Shown here piece by piece: positions 62,941 through 64,000 of a stretch of DNA of 64,000 nucleotides (its first letter is position 1; every line of letters starts with the position of its first letter). The notes below the pieces were generated by a model. It saw only the letters and a list, made by a program, of their open reading frames with translations, made no database searches and was not told the origin of the DNA. A program made the position numbers and the translations under genes. This DNA comes from Vicugna vicugna (Eukaryota): NCBI GenBank assembly GCA_013265495.1, contig MU061633.1, forward strand, positions 2,220,073 through 2,284,072, in the 5' to 3' direction.

Positions 62941-63479
62941 ACAGCTCTACTTCTCTATGACCAAGATTAAATTTCAGTATCCTTGGAAGATTATGCTTGT
63001 AAAAAGCTTCTACCATTTTTCTAAGAGATTTTTAAAAAATTTATTAATCTATCTTAATGTCCTTTAGTATATTTGCAAGGGTGATTAAGTCCAGAAAGTA
63101 GAGGTGACTGTCAAGGTCAATGAAAGGCTGTGCTCTATTGGAAAGAGGAAGGTCTCAGGAAAGACTTGGTCTGGTTGGTTTAAGAAAGCTCAGTGGGATT
63201 GGTTAAGAGGTTGTTGAATAAAGGGGAACTGAATTTAGTCCATGTACTGACACCAGCCTCCCCCGCCTCCACTCCACTCACGTATGGAAGCACACATACA
63301 CAAACATGTACACACACACGCATGATCTTCTGGGTGCAGAGCCTTGGTAAACTGTTTATTTTCACTTCCATTTTGCACTCTGTAAACTTCCAGGCATATC
63401 AGTCATCAGATTTATCGTAATTTGGATGGCGGGATAAGTCTGCCTAGGGTGCCCCCTCCCCCACGCTTTGCTGGACCCA

Positions 63480-63700
63480 CCTATTGAGCTCTCACTGTAT
63501 TAAGCTGTTTACAAGTATTTCCTTTAATCTGGGTCAGGTATATAGAAGCTACTTATACTTTTTCTACAAGAAGGAAAACTCAAACTTACAAAAGGTAACC
63601 AAACTGCCCAAATCTCAGGACGACTGGTTGGCCATACCAGGCTTTAAGACCAGTTTTGTGTCACTCCAAAGCCCAGGCACTACTCCAGAATTTCTTAAGT
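63480..63700 (-). mobile_element. MIR SINE fragment
   Basis: aaggaaaactcaaacttacaaaaggtaaccaaactgcccaaatc...gtcactccaaagccc. Confidence 0.6.
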
Positions 63701-64000
63701 TGAGCTCTCGATCCATTACTTGATCAACAACACTCAATGAAGCAGGTCTCAACCAGCATCAAAAATAACAGAAACAGAGGGAAAAAACCTAAGAGTGTAT
63801 CACACACAGTAAGATTAAGTCTTGCTTTGTAAAACTTGTCTAAATATGCATGTGTTTGTGTGTTTGGGATAGGTATGTAAAAAGTAGATTTTGAACTATA
63901 AGTCTCAATCAGGAAAGTCTGAAAGTTAGCACCCTATTAATCTGTACTGCCAGGGACAGTCTAGTCATTCAGTGCCGAGCTTCCTGGGAACCCTCCAGGC

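Noticed and set aside
1-64000. CRISPR array, tRNA/rRNA/snRNA genes, prokaryotic-type operon or intact retroelement
   Set aside because: No regularly spaced repeat-spacer structure, structured RNA signature or long intact ORF; the sequence is repeat-rich mammalian non-coding DNA

Overview
Mammalian non-coding DNA, probably a cetartiodactyl and most likely a camelid. That assignment is an inference: the two youngest L1 3' UTRs are of the artiodactyl type, and I saw no Alu, B1/B2, BovB/Bov-tA, CHR or PRE SINEs. I found no recognisable protein-coding exon, tRNA, rRNA, snRNA or CRISPR array, so the window reads as intergenic or deep-intronic. About half of it is decayed transposon sequence: many MIR and L2 fragments, old and young L1 pieces, ERV1/ERVL/MaLR solo LTRs (MER21-like, MER74, MLT1 and an unnamed ERV1-type LTR present three times) and DNA-transposon fossils (MER20, MER63, MER94, MER104, a Tigger-type MITE). 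Five N-gaps all lie inside L1 copies. The only ORF-track entries resembling real protein are L1 ORF2 remnants. The most notable structures are a three-level nested LTR at 3.2-5.0 kb, a perfect 237-bp tandem duplication at 25.06-25.53 kb (possibly an assembly artefact), and a CpG-retaining island with three CACGCG sites at 28-30 kb. I cannot support a new biological system here. Repeat names come from recalled consensus sequences and boundaries are by eye (about +/-20-50 bp unless a TSD is quoted).
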